DNA of 64,000 bases. It comes from Vicugna vicugna. Taxonomy: Eukaryota. Shown here piece after piece: positions 63,501 through 64,000 of the stretch (position 1 is the stretch's first letter; each line of letters begins with the position of its first letter). The stretch spans positions 4,403,050-4,467,049 of the forward strand of contig MU058781.1 of NCBI GenBank assembly GCA_013265495.1, written 5' to 3'. The notes under the pieces were generated by a model. The model saw only the letters and a program-made list of their open reading frames with translations, was not told the origin of the DNA and did not search any database. A program made the position numbers and the translations under genes.

Positions 63501-64000
63501 TACTAAAGAATTTTTTTCCTCCCCATTCCTATCTACCAGTTTCCAGCAGCATTTCCTCCACCAACAATAGCTATCATTGAATCTTCTTTCTCTATCTTAA
63601 TCTTTCTCACAGGGAGTAGGAAATAAAGGACACATAGGTCATAACTTTTATTTTTGCAAACTATGAAGATTTTATAACAAAGGGAAATAAAACATGAACC
63701 ATCAACAATTCCCTGTACAGCTATTGTGAGATAAAAAAATTATAGGAATTCACCTTCAAAATCACAGAAGCACTTCTGTTGCTATATAACATCTGTAGCC
63801 CTGTTCTCAGTGTGTACTTGATAAGGAAGAGAACACACCTCTAGCAAATGGTTCTTAATTAATTAACAAAAGTATTTAAAAAAAAAATAAACTCAGCAGG
63901 AAAAAAAATAGTTATTGTTCTGTGTCAAAGAGGCAGATCAAGACCTCTTTGCCATCTGAACTAAAACTCAGTTGGACAAGGAGATTACTCTATTTTACTT

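Noticed and set aside
1..64000. Six-frame ORFs of 60-173 aa as stand-alone genes (e.g. 2630-3121, 11054-11575, 23783-24256, 48896-49366, 60216-60668)
   Set aside because: No recognisable domains. Many start at non-ATG codons, overlap on both strands or lie in LTR/L1/L2 remnants, and their lengths are as expected by chance
1..64000. Prokaryotic-type systems (CRISPR arrays, operons, phage or defence loci) or an intact transposase/retroviral ORF
   Set aside because: The sequence is mammalian. No regularly spaced repeat-spacer array and no long gag/pol/env or transposase ORF is visible

Overview
Mammalian nuclear DNA, very likely camelid (camel, alpaca or llama). This is inferred from a camelid-type tRNA-derived SINE at ~53.3 kb, a camelid/artiodactyl-type L1 3' end at ~60.3 kb and Tigger1-derived MITEs. 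The window is mostly non-coding and rich in old interspersed repeats: MIR, L2, L1M, MaLR/ERVL LTRs, MER20/MER5A/MER94 and Tigger MITEs. None of the long six-frame ORFs is a credible gene. The best gene evidence is the 3' end of an unidentified minus-strand gene: a U-rich, repeat-poor ~2.2-kb terminal exon/3'UTR (~27.2-29.4 kb) with a splice acceptor and AATAAA, plus several low-confidence small upstream exons. I cannot name the gene. I found no convincing novel biological system. The most notable oddities are a near-perfect 365/375-bp tandem duplication, a polyadenylated LTR-like fragment retroposed into the putative 3'UTR, a 40-bp inverted templated insertion inside a split MLT1 LTR, and a phase-compatible chain of candidate micro-exons. 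Repeat families were recognised from memory of consensus sequences, not by a database search, and boundaries are approximate unless termini or TSDs are quoted.
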